A stretch of DNA of 59,767 nt, the filler included. It is 4 parts of 4 records of this genome, joined end to end, with 100 filler letters (N's around TTAATTAATTAA, not from the genome) between each part and the next. Parts side by side here need not be neighbours in the genome. Positions count along the whole stretch, not along the records: positions 12,677 to 37,164 come from DRR723986_12499; positions 37,265 to 43,536 come from DRR723986_12507; 2 more parts are not named here. One strand, 5' to 3'. The notes beneath the pieces were generated by a model. That model made no database searches, was not told the DNA's origin, and saw only the letters and a program-made list of their open reading frames with translations. Numbering within the stretch: the stretch's first letter is position 1; each line of letters opens with the position of its first letter. Shown piece by piece: positions 29,925-40,335 of the stretch. The position numbers and the translations under genes are program-made.

Positions 29925-31139
29925 TTAGATTGTAATCAATACCTGATTACGTAAAATGTCATCAATAGTTTCACGCTTTCTGATGAGATGAGTTTTGCCT
30001 TTGTAGACTAATACTTCTGCAGGTCTGTAACGCGAATTATAGTTACTTGCCATTGTAAAACAATAAGCGCCTGCATTTTTAAAGCATAGAATATCACCTT
30101 CATTTATTTCATTAATTCGTCGATTATTGGCAAAGGTGTCAGTTTCGCATATGTAGCCAACTACGGAGTAAAAACGTTCTCTACCTTTAGGATTTGAAAT
30201 ATTTATTATCTCATGCTGTGAGCCATACAGCATTGGTCTTATGAGGTGATTAAACCCTGAGTCTATTTGAGCAAAAACAGTAGAAGTGGTTTGTTTTACA
30301 ACATTAACATTTGCTAAAAACACACCAGCCTCACTAACCAGAAATTTTCCTGGTTCAAATGCGAGAGTTAATTCTTTGCCATAATCTTTACAAAATTGAT
30401 TAAAGCGTTTAGAAAGTTTTGTCCCTAATTCTTCAATATTAGTTTCAATGTCACCTGTTTTGTAGGGTACTTTAAACCCAGAACCAAAATCAATGAATTC
30501 TAAGTTCTTAAAATTAGTAGCAGTTTCAAATAAAATTTCACTTGCGTAAAGAAAAACATCAATGTCTAATATATCACTACCGGTGTGCATATGAATACCA
30601 TTAATATTCATTTTGGTATTCTCAACGATTCGAAGTAATAAAGGAATTTGATGAATTGAGATTCCAAATTTACTGTCTATATGACCAACAGAAATATTGG
30701 TGTTACCGCCAGCCATTACATGTGGATTAATTCTAATACACACAGGAATATTTGGGTGTTTAGATCCGAATTGTTCTAAAATTGAAAGGTTGTCTATATT
30801 GATTTGTACACCAAGTTCAGCCACTGTTTCAATCTCTTGTAATGATACACCATTTGGTGTATAAATGATGTCCTCTGGTTTAAATCCAGCCCTTAAACCT
30901 AGTTGAACTTCTTGAATGGAAACTGTATCTAATCCAGATTCTAAGGAGTTAAATAACTTTAAAATAGAGAGATTAGAGAGCGCTTTTACAGCGTAATTTA
31001 TTTTAAGATTCTTTACATTATTAAAAACTTTTGTGAGTCTATTGTATTGTGTTACAATTTTGTCACCATCATACACATACACTGGACTGCCAAAATCTTT
31101 GGTAATTTGTAATAAACTTTTATTTGTCATAGCATTCAT
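29925..31139 (-). CDS. lysA: Diaminopimelate decarboxylase
   Basis: YAVKA (PLP lysine), SKFG, HMHTGS, EPGK, GYICETD, AGAY, SNYNSR. Confidence 0.95.
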   Translation of the reverse strand: MNAMTNKSLLQITKDFGSPVYVYDGDKIVTQYNRLTKVFNNVKNLKINYAVKALSNLSILKLFNSLESGLDTVSIQEVQLGLRAGFKPEDIIYTPNGVSLQEIETVAELGVQINIDNLSILEQFGSKHPNIPVCIRINPHVMAGGNTNISVGHIDSKFGISIHQIPLLLRIVENTKMNINGIHMHTGSDILDIDVFLYASEILFETATNFKNLEFIDFGSGFKVPYKTGDIETNIEELGTKLSKRFNQFCKDYGKELTLAFEPGKFLVSEAGVFLANVNVVKQTTSTVFAQIDSGFNHLIRPMLYGSQHEIINISNPKGRERFYSVVGYICETDTFANNRRINEINEGDILCFKNAGAYCFTMASNYNSRYRPAEVLVYKGKTHLIRKRETIDDILRNQVLITI

Positions 31140-31234
31140 ATTAAAGTTGGCAAACTTAGGTTTTCATTAAAGCTTAATTAATTATTTTATTCATTTTTTA
31201 CTAATTTTACACATTATGTTAAATAATTAACAAA

Positions 31235-31897
31235 ATGAAAACAGTAGCTACTTGCGTTGAAGCAATAGTTTTACGGCAACCGTTCTTAGAAGATGCCTTG
31301 TCTAAAGAAATAATCAATTATTCAGCTTTGGCTGAGCATTTACAGCAACAAGTGTCAGATCAATTGGGTAGGCCTGTTAAGACAGGTTCTATAATGATGG
31401 CATTAAGAAGGTATAAAGACAAGTTAAAAATTAGTCGACCATTTTATAAGATGGAGACATTATTACATCAATTGGGAGATATAACCTTAAGGTCTAATTT
31501 AAGTGATTTTACCTTTAGAAATTCAGAATCACTTATACACAGTCAGGCAGATATATTAAACAAAATAAAAGACAAAAGCCATATATTTTACACATTTACA
31601 AGAGGTATTTTAGAGAGTAATATCATTATATCAAGTAGTGAAAAACAGGATGTTTTAGATAGTTTTAAATCTGAGAGGTGTTTAGAAATAAAAGAAAATC
31701 TCTCGGCAATAAGTCTCATATTACCAAAGAATAATACTAAAGTTGTTGGTCTTTATTACCAAATACTAAAAAGATTGGCAATGCAAAATGTGTCCTTGTA
31801 TGAAGTTATATCAACAACAAACGAGTTTACTATTGTAGTTGAGGACAATGTTGTAGATAATGCATTTTCAATTATAAAAAACCTAAACAAGAATTAA
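31235..31897 (+). CDS. ACT-domain protein (aspartate-kinase regulatory-domain-like, no kinase domain)
   Basis: N-terminal INYSALA helix region; C-terminal GLYYQILKRLA...EVISTTNEFTI ACT-like fold. Confidence 0.7.
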   Translation: MKTVATCVEAIVLRQPFLEDALSKEIINYSALAEHLQQQVSDQLGRPVKTGSIMMALRRYKDKLKISRPFYKMETLLHQLGDITLRSNLSDFTFRNSESLIHSQADILNKIKDKSHIFYTFTRGILESNIIISSSEKQDVLDSFKSERCLEIKENLSAISLILPKNNTKVVGLYYQILKRLAMQNVSLYEVISTTNEFTIVVEDNVVDNAFSIIKNLNKN

Positions 31898-31998
31898 TTC
31901 TAATGATCAATTGTTGTTATAAAAAATCACAAGGAAAAATATTGGTTTAAAGTGAGCGTATCCTTATTTTTGCACTCGAAATAAATTTCAGACTACAG

Positions 31999-33189
31999 AT
32001 GAATTTACACGAGTATCAAGGAAAAGAATTATTAAGCAGTTTTGGAGTACGTATTCAACGCGGTATAGTTGCTCAAAGTGCTGATGAGGCTGTTGAAGCG
32101 GCAAAAAAACTAACTGAAGAGACTGGTACAGGTTGGCACGTCATTAAAGCACAGGTTCACGCAGGTGGACGTGGAAAAGGTGGTGGAGTTAAGCTGGCTA
32201 AAAATCTGGATGAGGTAAAAGAAATTGCAGGTAACATTATAGGTATGGATCTGGTGACACCTCAAACTTCTGCTGAAGGTAAGCGTGTGCATCAGGTGCT
32301 TGTAGCTGAAGATGTATATTACCCTGGAGATAACGAGCCAGAAGAATATTATATGTCAGTGCTATTAAATAGAGGTACAGGTAAAAATATGATTATGTAT
32401 TCTACTGAAGGTGGTATGGATATCGAAACAGTTGCCGAAGAAACACCACATTTGATTTTTACTGAAGAAGTTGATCCTGCTTTAGGACTTTTAGGTTTTC
32501 AAGCACGTCGTGTTGCTTTTAACTTAGGGTTGTCTGGTACTGCATTTAAAGAGATGACAAAGTTCGTTTCTGCCTTATATACAGCATATGCAAAATCCGA
32601 TGCATCTTTATTTGAAATTAATCCTATTTTAAAAACAAGTGACGATAAAATAATGGCAGTAGATTCTAAGGTGACTTTAGATGATAATGCATTATACAGA
32701 CATAAAGATTTAGCTGAAATGCGTGATTTGCGTGAAGAAAATCCTATTGAAGTTGAAGCTGGTGCCTTAGGTTTAAATTATGTAGATTTAGATGGTAACG
32801 TTGGTTGTATGGTTAATGGAGCAGGTTTAGCGATGGCAACTATGGACTTAATTAAGCAAGCAGGTGGTGAACCAGCAAACTTCTTAGATGTTGGTGGAAC
32901 TGCTGATGCTGCAAGAGTAGAGGCAGCCTTTCAAATAATATTAAAAGACCCAGCAGTAAAAGCTATCTTAATAAACATCTTTGGTGGTATTGTACGTTGT
33001 GATAGAGTGGCACAAGGTGTCATTGATGCTTATAAAAACATGGGTAATATAAATGTACCAATTATTGTACGTTTACAAGGTACAAATGCAGACATCGCAA
33101 AAGAGTTAATTGATAATTCTGGGCTCGATGTACTAAGTGCAACAGAATTCCAAGAAGCTGCTGATAAGGTACAAGCAGTGTTGTCTTAA
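31999..33189 (+). CDS. sucC: Succinyl-CoA synthetase beta subunit
   Basis: MNLHEYQGK, KAQVHAGGRGKGGG, GCMVNGAGLAM, NIFGGIVRCD. Confidence 0.98.
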   Translation: MNLHEYQGKELLSSFGVRIQRGIVAQSADEAVEAAKKLTEETGTGWHVIKAQVHAGGRGKGGGVKLAKNLDEVKEIAGNIIGMDLVTPQTSAEGKRVHQVLVAEDVYYPGDNEPEEYYMSVLLNRGTGKNMIMYSTEGGMDIETVAEETPHLIFTEEVDPALGLLGFQARRVAFNLGLSGTAFKEMTKFVSALYTAYAKSDASLFEINPILKTSDDKIMAVDSKVTLDDNALYRHKDLAEMRDLREENPIEVEAGALGLNYVDLDGNVGCMVNGAGLAMATMDLIKQAGGEPANFLDVGGTADAARVEAAFQIILKDPAVKAILINIFGGIVRCDRVAQGVIDAYKNMGNINVPIIVRLQGTNADIAKELIDNSGLDVLSATEFQEAADKVQAVLS

Positions 33190-33213
33190 TTAACAATACT
33201 TATAATAATATTT

Positions 33214-33243
33214 AAATGCGTCTTTTTTATAGACGCATTTTTT
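33214..33243 (+). terminator. Intrinsic terminator after sucC
   Basis: AAATGCGTCT-loop-AGACGCATTT TTT. Confidence 0.8.
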
Positions 33244-33348
33244 GTATATGTTAATTATCTGCTAATCAACGTTAAACAGTGTTAACAAGTGTAACCATTT
33301 ATAATTTTAGTAGTCTATTAAGTATCAATCTTATAAAAACGAAAAATT

Positions 33349-33690
33349 ATGAAAACACTAAAAATGTTTGTACTAGCCGTAGCCTTTACGTTTAGCACTG
33401 TACTTTCAGCAAGTACAAATCCGATCGAAAAAGCTGAGCCAACTACTGTAACTGAAGCCGTTGGTGACTTATTGAAAAACCCAGACTTTCAACTGACTAA
33501 AAACGTAGATGCTGTTGTTGATTTAATCATTAATGAAAATGATGAAATGGTGGTGGTTTCTGTAACAACAGATAGTAAAGCAGTAGAAACCTATATTAAA
33601 AACCGTTTAAACTATAAAAAGTTGTCAAAGGATGCAATCGGTTTAAACAGATCATTTAAGATACCTATTAAGTTGGTAGAAACCAATTAG
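33349..33690 (+). CDS. Secreted hypothetical protein
   Basis: Signal peptide MKTLKMFVLAVAFTF; IK.RLNY motif common in small Flavobacteriaceae proteins. Confidence 0.7.
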   Translation: MKTLKMFVLAVAFTFSTVLSASTNPIEKAEPTTVTEAVGDLLKNPDFQLTKNVDAVVDLIINENDEMVVVSVTTDSKAVETYIKNRLNYKKLSKDAIGLNRSFKIPIKLVETN

Positions 33691-33711
33691 GTTTTACCAC
33701 AAATAATAACT

Positions 33712-33742
33712 AAAAAGAGCAGCAATTTTGTTGCTCTTTTTT
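33712..33742. terminator. Bidirectional intrinsic terminator
   Basis: AAAAAGAGCAGC-AATTTT-GTTGCTCTTTTT between convergent genes. Confidence 0.8.
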
Positions 33743-34443
33743 TATAAATGTAACCCACATTCTGTTTTAGGGTTATTATTCCATCTACCACTTCGATCTT
33801 CACCAGGTATGGTGCAATATTTACAACCAATAGAATGATAACCTTGTGCAACTAAAGGATGAAAAGGTAAATTATGAGTTTTAATATAATTATCTCTTTC
33901 TTCCTTAGTTATATCTAGCAATGGATAAAATTTTAAAATATTTCCACGTTTTTCAAAAATATCTAAACTAGCACGATGGTCACTTTGCCATTCCATTAAG
34001 CCAGACATCCAAATCTTATAATTTTGCTTAATCGCATCTAAGGGTCTTACCTTATTAATAGAACAGCAGAAGTCCGGATTCTTTTTCCACGTTTGGTCCT
34101 TAGTCGTAAACTCATGTTCCTCTTTAATTGCAGAAATAGAGTTGACATTAAGATTATATTTTTCTTCAAGTACAGATTTATAGTCTAACGTATCCTCAAA
34201 ATGATACCCTGTATCAATGAAAAAGACCTCTTGTTTCGTATTTACATCTGATACTATTTTAAGTAAAAAAGCAGAAGTCGCAGCAAAAGAACTCGTAAGC
34301 ATTACGTCAGCGATATTAAAATCTATATAGAGTTGCTTGATGCGCCCCGTTGGCCTTAAGGGCTTATACTTCTTATTTAATTTTAATACTTCCTCAGTGC
34401 TAAAGTTATGTAGAGGCTTTATGTTAGATGTAGTTTCAAACAT
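33742..34443 (-). CDS. cysH: (Phospho)adenylyl-sulfate reductase
   Basis: FIDTGYHF, CC..NKV, GY.SIGC..C, SGRW, KTECGLH. Confidence 0.92.
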   Translation of the reverse strand: MFETTSNIKPLHNFSTEEVLKLNKKYKPLRPTGRIKQLYIDFNIADVMLTSSFAATSAFLLKIVSDVNTKQEVFFIDTGYHFEDTLDYKSVLEEKYNLNVNSISAIKEEHEFTTKDQTWKKNPDFCCSINKVRPLDAIKQNYKIWMSGLMEWQSDHRASLDIFEKRGNILKFYPLLDITKEERDNYIKTHNLPFHPLVAQGYHSIGCKYCTIPGEDRSGRWNNNPKTECGLHL

Positions 34444-34527
34444 GGGATATTGTTTTCCAAAGGCGGTAAGTTATTAGCTTATCTGTTAAGGAAAAAATAA
34501 AAGATTCATTTTTACGAAGTTGATAAT

Positions 34528-34770
34528 TTAGTCCTTCTTTTTTTGCGGTTTTGGCATTGGACCTCTAAGATGAATGATTAATCCGTTAAGGAAATTTCTT
34601 AAGATTTGATCTCCGCACTCCATATACTTAGGATGATCTTCTCTTCTAAAAAAAGCATTAAGTTCACTCTTTGAGATTCTAAAGTCAACTAGGGCTAATA
34701 TTTTTACAATATCATCGTCTCTTAATTTATGTGCTACTCTTAGTTTTTTAAATATATCGTTATTTGTCAT
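34528..34770 (-). CDS. DUF1456 family protein
   Basis: MTNNDI.KKLR, CGDQILRNFLNGLI. Confidence 0.85.
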   Translation of the reverse strand: MTNNDIFKKLRVAHKLRDDDIVKILALVDFRISKSELNAFFRREDHPKYMECGDQILRNFLNGLIIHLRGPMPKPQKKKD

Positions 34771-35584
34771 TTTCTAAATCGTTTTTTGTAAACCATTGGT
34801 AGGCTGAGCCAAAGTGTTGGGCCCAAAAGGCCTCATTATGCTGTCCACCTTCAATAATTTGTATATTAAGTTGGTTTTTATTTAATCCTTTAGAATTTAA
34901 TAAGGATGTCATTTCTTTTAATTTTGGTACCGTAGTTTCATCTTCATCTGTTCCCGCTAAAAAGAAAAACTTAACGTTTTTATCTAGATCTATGTTTTTT
35001 ACTAAATCATAAATTTCTGGAATAATCCAAAATGCAGGTGAGAATACCCCAGCCTTGCCGAAAGTTTCAGGATATTTAATAACAGCATAGAATGACATTA
35101 AACCACCTAATGAAGAACCAAAAATAGTTGTATCATTAGCACCCTTGAGTGCTTTAAAAGTGACATCAATATGTGGCTTAAGTGTGTTCTTAATAAAACT
35201 TAGATAAGAATCTCCTTGTCCACCGCCATATTTTTCATGACTATAAGGAGTCAATTCATCTATACGTTTTTCATTTCCATGCTCAATACCAACGATAATA
35301 CTTTCATTGTCACTTAATGTATCCATATACTCATCAATTTTCCATTCTACAGCATATGATGTATTTGTATCAAACAAATTTTGAGCATCGTGCATATATA
35401 TTACAGGATAGCGTTTTTCAGAATGTTGATAATTTTTAGGTACATAAACCCATATTTTTTTCACTGTATCTAACTGTGGAGCTTCAATTAAAAATGTTGT
35501 AACCTGTTTAGAAGCAGTGCTTTGAGCCTGATTTTTAGCTAAAAATAATAGAGAAAAAAATAGAAGAATATGCTTAAATCTCAT
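34760..35584 (-). CDS. Alpha/beta hydrolase (putative esterase)
   Basis: YPVIYMHDAQNLFD, GSSLGG nucleophile, HNE..W. Confidence 0.88.
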   Translation of the reverse strand: MRFKHILLFFSLLFLAKNQAQSTASKQVTTFLIEAPQLDTVKKIWVYVPKNYQHSEKRYPVIYMHDAQNLFDTNTSYAVEWKIDEYMDTLSDNESIIVGIEHGNEKRIDELTPYSHEKYGGGQGDSYLSFIKNTLKPHIDVTFKALKGANDTTIFGSSLGGLMSFYAVIKYPETFGKAGVFSPAFWIIPEIYDLVKNIDLDKNVKFFFLAGTDEDETTVPKLKEMTSLLNSKGLNKNQLNIQIIEGGQHNEAFWAQHFGSAYQWFTKNDLENDK

Positions 35585-35725
35585 GCTATGATTGGCGTTT
35601 TTAAATGATAAACGTTTAAAAATCCCGACTAAGTACAATTAAGTTTTCGACAAGATACATTATATCAACGACAATAAAATAATACACCTTATTAACTTTA
35701 CATTATAATTAATTCCCTTATAGAC

Positions 35726-36127
35726 ATGATCAACCGTGCTGAAAAATTGAGCCTATTATCTGAGATGATAGCATTTGCTCAAACAGATGAAAGTATTAAA
35801 GCCATTGAATATAACTTTTTACTTAGTATTGCAAAACAACTAGATATATCTAAGGAAGATTTTGAATATCTCTTTAGACATCCTGTAACCTATGTGCATT
35901 TAAAAACGCATAGTGAACGTATTGTTCAGTTTCACAGACTAGTTTTACTAATGAATTTAGATCATAAAATCTCACCCAAACAATTAGTGAAAATCCATAA
36001 TTTTGGATTACGCATGGGTTTAAGTCATGAGTCTATTAATAGAGTTTTAGATTTAATGGAGAGTTTTCCTAATAAAATTGTTCCTCCAGACTTTCTAATA
36101 GATATTTTTAAAGTTCAGTACAACTAA
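35726..36127 (+). CDS. TerB-family protein
   Basis: MIAFA..D, E..FL..IA..L, ERIVQFHRLVLLMN.D. Confidence 0.7.
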   Translation: MINRAEKLSLLSEMIAFAQTDESIKAIEYNFLLSIAKQLDISKEDFEYLFRHPVTYVHLKTHSERIVQFHRLVLLMNLDHKISPKQLVKIHNFGLRMGLSHESINRVLDLMESFPNKIVPPDFLIDIFKVQYN

Positions 36128-36128
36128 A

Positions 36129-37164
36129 CTACTTAACCTTTAATTGTTCAAGTTTAGTTTGATAAGCTGTAATTTCATCTCTGAATTTTGCAGCTTCCAT
36201 AAAATCTAGGGCTTTAGCAGCTTGTTCCATTTGCTTGCGCTTCTCTCTAATTTTTTTCTCAAGCTGGCTTTTAGTTAAGTATTCACTTTCTGGTTCAGCA
36301 GCTAGTTTTGCTTCTAATTCTGTTCGGTATGTACTTACAGAGTTTTTCGCAAGCGCACTATCCAAACTCTTATTTAATGCTTTTGGAGTGATATTATTGG
36401 CAGTGTTATAGGCAATCTGTTTCTCGCGGCGATAATTAGTTTCGTCAATAGTTTTCTGCATACTATTGGTAATCTTATCTGCATACATAATTGCTTTACC
36501 ATTAAGATTTCTTGCGGCTCTACCAACGGTTTGAGTTAATGAACGGTTAGATCTTAAAAAGCCTTCTTTATCAGCATCTAAAATAGCTACTAATGATACT
36601 TCTGGTAAATCTAAACCTTCACGTAGGAGATTTACACCAACCAAAACATCGAATATGCCTTTTCGTAAGTCTTGCATTATTTCTACACGCTCTAAGGTAT
36701 CTACATCACTATGAATATATCTACAACGAATAGAAATTCTGGTTAGATACTTTACTAATTCTTCTGCCATTCTTTTTGTAAGAGTGGTTACAAGAGTACG
36801 TTCATCTTTTTCTACACGCTCCTGAATTTCTTCAATAAGATCATCAATTTGATTTAGGCTTGGTCGTACCTCAATGATTGGATCTAACAGGCCAGTAGGT
36901 CTAATCACTTGTTCTACATAGACTCCATCGGTCTTCTGCATTTCATAATCTGCAGGAGTTGCACTTACATAGATCACTTGGTTTTGAAGAGCTTCAAACT
37001 CTTCAAACTTTAAAGGTCTGTTATCCATTGCAGCTGGTAATCTAAAACCATATTCAACTAGATTCTCTTTTCTACTACGGTCACCACCATACATAGCATG
37101 CACTTGTGAAATTGTTACATGGCTTTCATCTACTACCATTAAATAATCATCTGGAAAATAATCC
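36129..37164 (-). CDS. uvrB: Excinuclease ABC subunit B, C-terminal part (5' truncated)
   Basis: [44 protein letters not shown] coiled coil. Confidence 0.97.
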
Positions 37165-37264
37165 NNNNNNNNNNNNNNNNNNNNNNNNNNNNNNNNNNNN
37201 NNNNNNNNTTAATTAATTAANNNNNNNNNNNNNNNNNNNNNNNNNNNNNNNNNNNNNNNNNNNN
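37165..37264. other. Artificial contig spacer
   Basis: 44N-TTAATTAATTAA-44N; GC jumps across it. Confidence 0.99.
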
Positions 37265-37265
37265 G

Positions 37266-38201
37266 ATGGGCACCGGCGAGGCCGAGGGCGAAGATCGCGC
37301 CATTCAGGCCGCCGAGAAAGCCATCGCCAACCCGCTGCTGGACGAGATCAGCCTGAAAGGCGCCAAAGGCGTGTTGATCAACATCACCGGCGGCCACGAT
37401 CTGACCTTGTTTGAACTCGACGAGGCGGCAAACCGCATCCGCGAAGAGGTGGACCCAGACGCAAATATCATCGTCGGCTCGACCCTGGATACGGAAATGG
37501 AAGGCTTTATGCGCGTCAGCGTCGTGGCCACCGGCATTGATGCCAACGAGGCGCATAACGACATGCCCTTGCCGCGCCGCAAGATGTCTGAGCCGCTGAC
37601 CCAAACCGTTTCGGCGCAGCGCGAACCGGCACCCGTAGCGCCCCAGCAGCCTGCCGTTGCAGCCCAGCAACCCGCCGAGCCCAGCTTGTTCGAGCAGATG
37701 GATGTGCAGCGCACCGCGGCCCAAGAGCAGATGGAAGATATTTTCGAGGCCGAGGCCGAGGCCCCAGCCCAGCCCGCGATCGATGACGTGCCCCCGCCCG
37801 CCTATCGCCCGCAGGTCGCGCAATTCGAGCCGCGCCCGGTTGATGCCTATGATGATGAAGACGAGGCCGCAGCCTATATGCCGCCGCGCGCCCCTGCGCC
37901 CGGCACCCCCAGCCCCGCCACGATGGAGCGGTTGCAGGCCGCCGTGGGCCGGGTGCAAGGCGGCGCTGAACAGCCCCAGCAGCCGCGCCCCATGGCCGCC
38001 AAACCCGAGCCCGAGCGCTCGCGCTTTGGGATCAATTCGCTGATCAACCGCATGACTGGCAACGCCGCCCCCGAGGCGCCCGCGGCCCGTCACCAGCCCC
38101 CCATGCGCGGCCAGCAGGCCAACGCCCTGCCGCGTGACGAAGCGGATGCCGACCAAGACCGCATCGAAATTCCTGCGTTTTTGCGCCGCCAGGCCAATTA
38201 A
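37266..38201 (+). CDS. ftsZ: Cell division protein FtsZ, C-terminal part (5' truncated)
   Basis: [25 protein letters not shown], long P/Q/A linker, C-terminal [10 protein letters not shown]. Confidence 0.97.
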   Translation: MGTGEAEGEDRAIQAAEKAIANPLLDEISLKGAKGVLINITGGHDLTLFELDEAANRIREEVDPDANIIVGSTLDTEMEGFMRVSVVATGIDANEAHNDMPLPRRKMSEPLTQTVSAQREPAPVAPQQPAVAAQQPAEPSLFEQMDVQRTAAQEQMEDIFEAEAEAPAQPAIDDVPPPAYRPQVAQFEPRPVDAYDDEDEAAAYMPPRAPAPGTPSPATMERLQAAVGRVQGGAEQPQQPRPMAAKPEPERSRFGINSLINRMTGNAAPEAPAARHQPPMRGQQANALPRDEADADQDRIEIPAFLRRQAN

Positions 38202-38224
38202 CGCGATCAACTTTCTGGTCAAAC

Positions 38225-38251
38225 GGGGCTGCAGAAATGCGGCCCCTTTTT
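38225..38251 (+). terminator. Intrinsic terminator after ftsZ
   Basis: GGGGCTGCA-GAAA-TGCGGCCCC TTTTT. Confidence 0.8.
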
Positions 38252-38410
38252 AATTTTTTCAAAGGGTTATGCCATTTCAGGCCGGGCGCTGGCAAAACCC
38301 TGCCCATCCTGATTGCAGATGTTTCAACACGTTACAAAGAGTGAGTTGAGCCATCGAAAGTGAATAAGTAACACCTTTGATAGCGGGGCCACAGCCCCTT
38401 GGGGAATAGT

Positions 38411-39331
38411 TTGCAAAGCACCGTAAAGAATTCGGTCACGTTTATTGGGGTTGGTCTGCATTCCGGCCAACCTGCGCGCATGGTCGTATGCCCTGCAGCG
38501 CCTGACCACGGAATCATATTTCAACGCCTGGATCTGGCCGGTGGCCCGGCGCTGCTGCCGGCGCGCTTTGATGCGGTCACGCAATCGCCGCTATGCACCT
38601 TGTTGCGCAATGGCGATGGCGCCAGCGTTTCCACGATCGAACATATCATGGCCGCGCTTGTGGGGTGCGGCGTGCACAATGCGCTGGTGCAGTTGGATGG
38701 GCCCGAAGTGCCCATCATGGATGGCAGTGCTGTGCAATTCGTGCGCGATATTTTGCAAACGGGCCTGCAAACCCAGCCTGCGGCCCTGCGCGCCATCAAG
38801 GTGCAAAAACGCATCGAGGTGCGCCGCGGCGATGCCTGGGCGCGGCTAGACCCGGCCGATACGCTAGAGATCGATTTCAGCATTGATTTCGACGATGCCG
38901 CCATCGGCGTGCAGCGCAAGGTGTTGAACATGGCCAATGGCTCGTTCGTGCGCGAATTGTGCGACAGCCGCACATTTTGCCGCAAGGCCGATGTGGATAC
39001 GATGCGCGCCAATGGCCTGGCCCTGGGCGGCACGCTGGAAAACGCTGTGGTGGTTGATGGCGACGCGGTGCTAAGCCCCGGTGGCTTGCGCCACGCAGAC
39101 GAGGCCGTGCGCCACAAAATGCTGGATGCCTTGGGCGATCTGGCCCTGGCGGGGGCGCCTTTGCTGGCGCGCTATACCGGCCATCGCGCGGGGCATGCGC
39201 TGACCAATGATCTGCTGCATGCGCTTTTTGACACCCCTGATGCGTGGTGCTTTGTGGGCTGCGATAGTGATATTGCCGGCCGCTTGCCGGGCGCTGGCGT
39301 GCATCTGGGCGAACTGTCGGCGGTGGCCTAA
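38411..39331 (+). CDS. lpxC: UDP-3-O-acyl-GlcNAc deacetylase
   Basis: GVGLHSG, TIEHIMAAL, EVPIMDGS, RHKMLDALGDL, GH; probable TTG start. Confidence 0.96.
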   Translation: MQSTVKNSVTFIGVGLHSGQPARMVVCPAAPDHGIIFQRLDLAGGPALLPARFDAVTQSPLCTLLRNGDGASVSTIEHIMAALVGCGVHNALVQLDGPEVPIMDGSAVQFVRDILQTGLQTQPAALRAIKVQKRIEVRRGDAWARLDPADTLEIDFSIDFDDAAIGVQRKVLNMANGSFVRELCDSRTFCRKADVDTMRANGLALGGTLENAVVVDGDAVLSPGGLRHADEAVRHKMLDALGDLALAGAPLLARYTGHRAGHALTNDLLHALFDTPDAWCFVGCDSDIAGRLPGAGVHLGELSAVA

Positions 39332-39451
39332 AACCGCTTGGTGCCAGATTTTGTGCGTAAGGCGTTTTGCACCGGAATTTTCTGTGCTAGGACCGATGCA
39401 AATTGCAGTGTGATGACTGCTGATTTGAGGCAAAGGAAAGCGAGTTCGGGC

Positions 39452-40300
39452 ATGGCCGTCGGGGGATCACGTGTGAAAAATATCATGCTTGTTCTGGCTG
39501 TTGCGGGGCTATCAGCCTGCAGCACAGCCGAACGCGTGCGCAGTGGCGACATTCCGATTGACACATTTTCGGCCAAGCAAATCTTCGAGCGCGGCGAATT
39601 CGAGTTGCAACGCAACGACGAAAAGCAAGCCAGCTTTTATTTCTCCGAGGTCGAGCGCCTGTATCCCTATTCCGATTGGGCCAAACGCGGGCTGATCATG
39701 CAGGCCTATGCCAATCACAAGGCAAAGAACTATCTGGAAAGCCGCTCGGCGGCCAAGCGTTTCCTTGATTTCTACCCAGCCGATGAAGATGCCGCTTACG
39801 CGCAATATCTGCTGGCGCTTAGCTATTATGACCAGATCGATGATGTGGGGCGCGACCAAAAGCTGACATTTGAGGCCCTGCAAGAGCTGCGCACCGTGAT
39901 CGAGCGCTACCCCGAAAGCGATTATGCGCGTTCGGCGATTTTGAAATTCGATCTGGCCTTCGATCATCTGGCGGCCAAGGAAATGGAAGTGGGCCGCTAT
40001 TATTTGCGCCGCGGCCATTACACTGCGGCGATCAACCGGTTCCGCACCGTGGTGGAAGATTTCCAAACCACCACCCATACCGCCGAGGCGCTGCACCGCT
40101 TGGTCGAGGCCTATCTGTCGCTGGGCCTTGCGGGCGAGGCGCAAACAGCGGGCGCCATTCTGGGCCACAATTTCAGGGCCACCAGCTGGTATGAAGACAG
40201 CTACAAGCTGCTCAATGGGCGCGGGCTGGAACTAGAGGCGGTGGGCGATGGGTGGCTGTCGCAGATCTATCGTCAGACGATCCAGGGCAAGTGGCTATAA
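39452..40300 (+). CDS. bamD: Outer membrane assembly lipoprotein BamD
   Basis: Lipobox LSAC; YPYS, RDQ, LAAKEMEVGRYY, AAINRF. Confidence 0.95.
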   Translation: MAVGGSRVKNIMLVLAVAGLSACSTAERVRSGDIPIDTFSAKQIFERGEFELQRNDEKQASFYFSEVERLYPYSDWAKRGLIMQAYANHKAKNYLESRSAAKRFLDFYPADEDAAYAQYLLALSYYDQIDDVGRDQKLTFEALQELRTVIERYPESDYARSAILKFDLAFDHLAAKEMEVGRYYLRRGHYTAAINRFRTVVEDFQTTTHTAEALHRLVEAYLSLGLAGEAQTAGAILGHNFRATSWYEDSYKLLNGRGLELEAVGDGWLSQIYRQTIQGKWL

Positions 40301-40335
40301 CGGCAGCGTTTGGCCGATAATCTTGCGGGGGCCAG

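Noticed and set aside
37560-38160. Low-complexity P/Q/A-rich repeats
   Set aside because: Normal disordered linker of alphaproteobacterial FtsZ.
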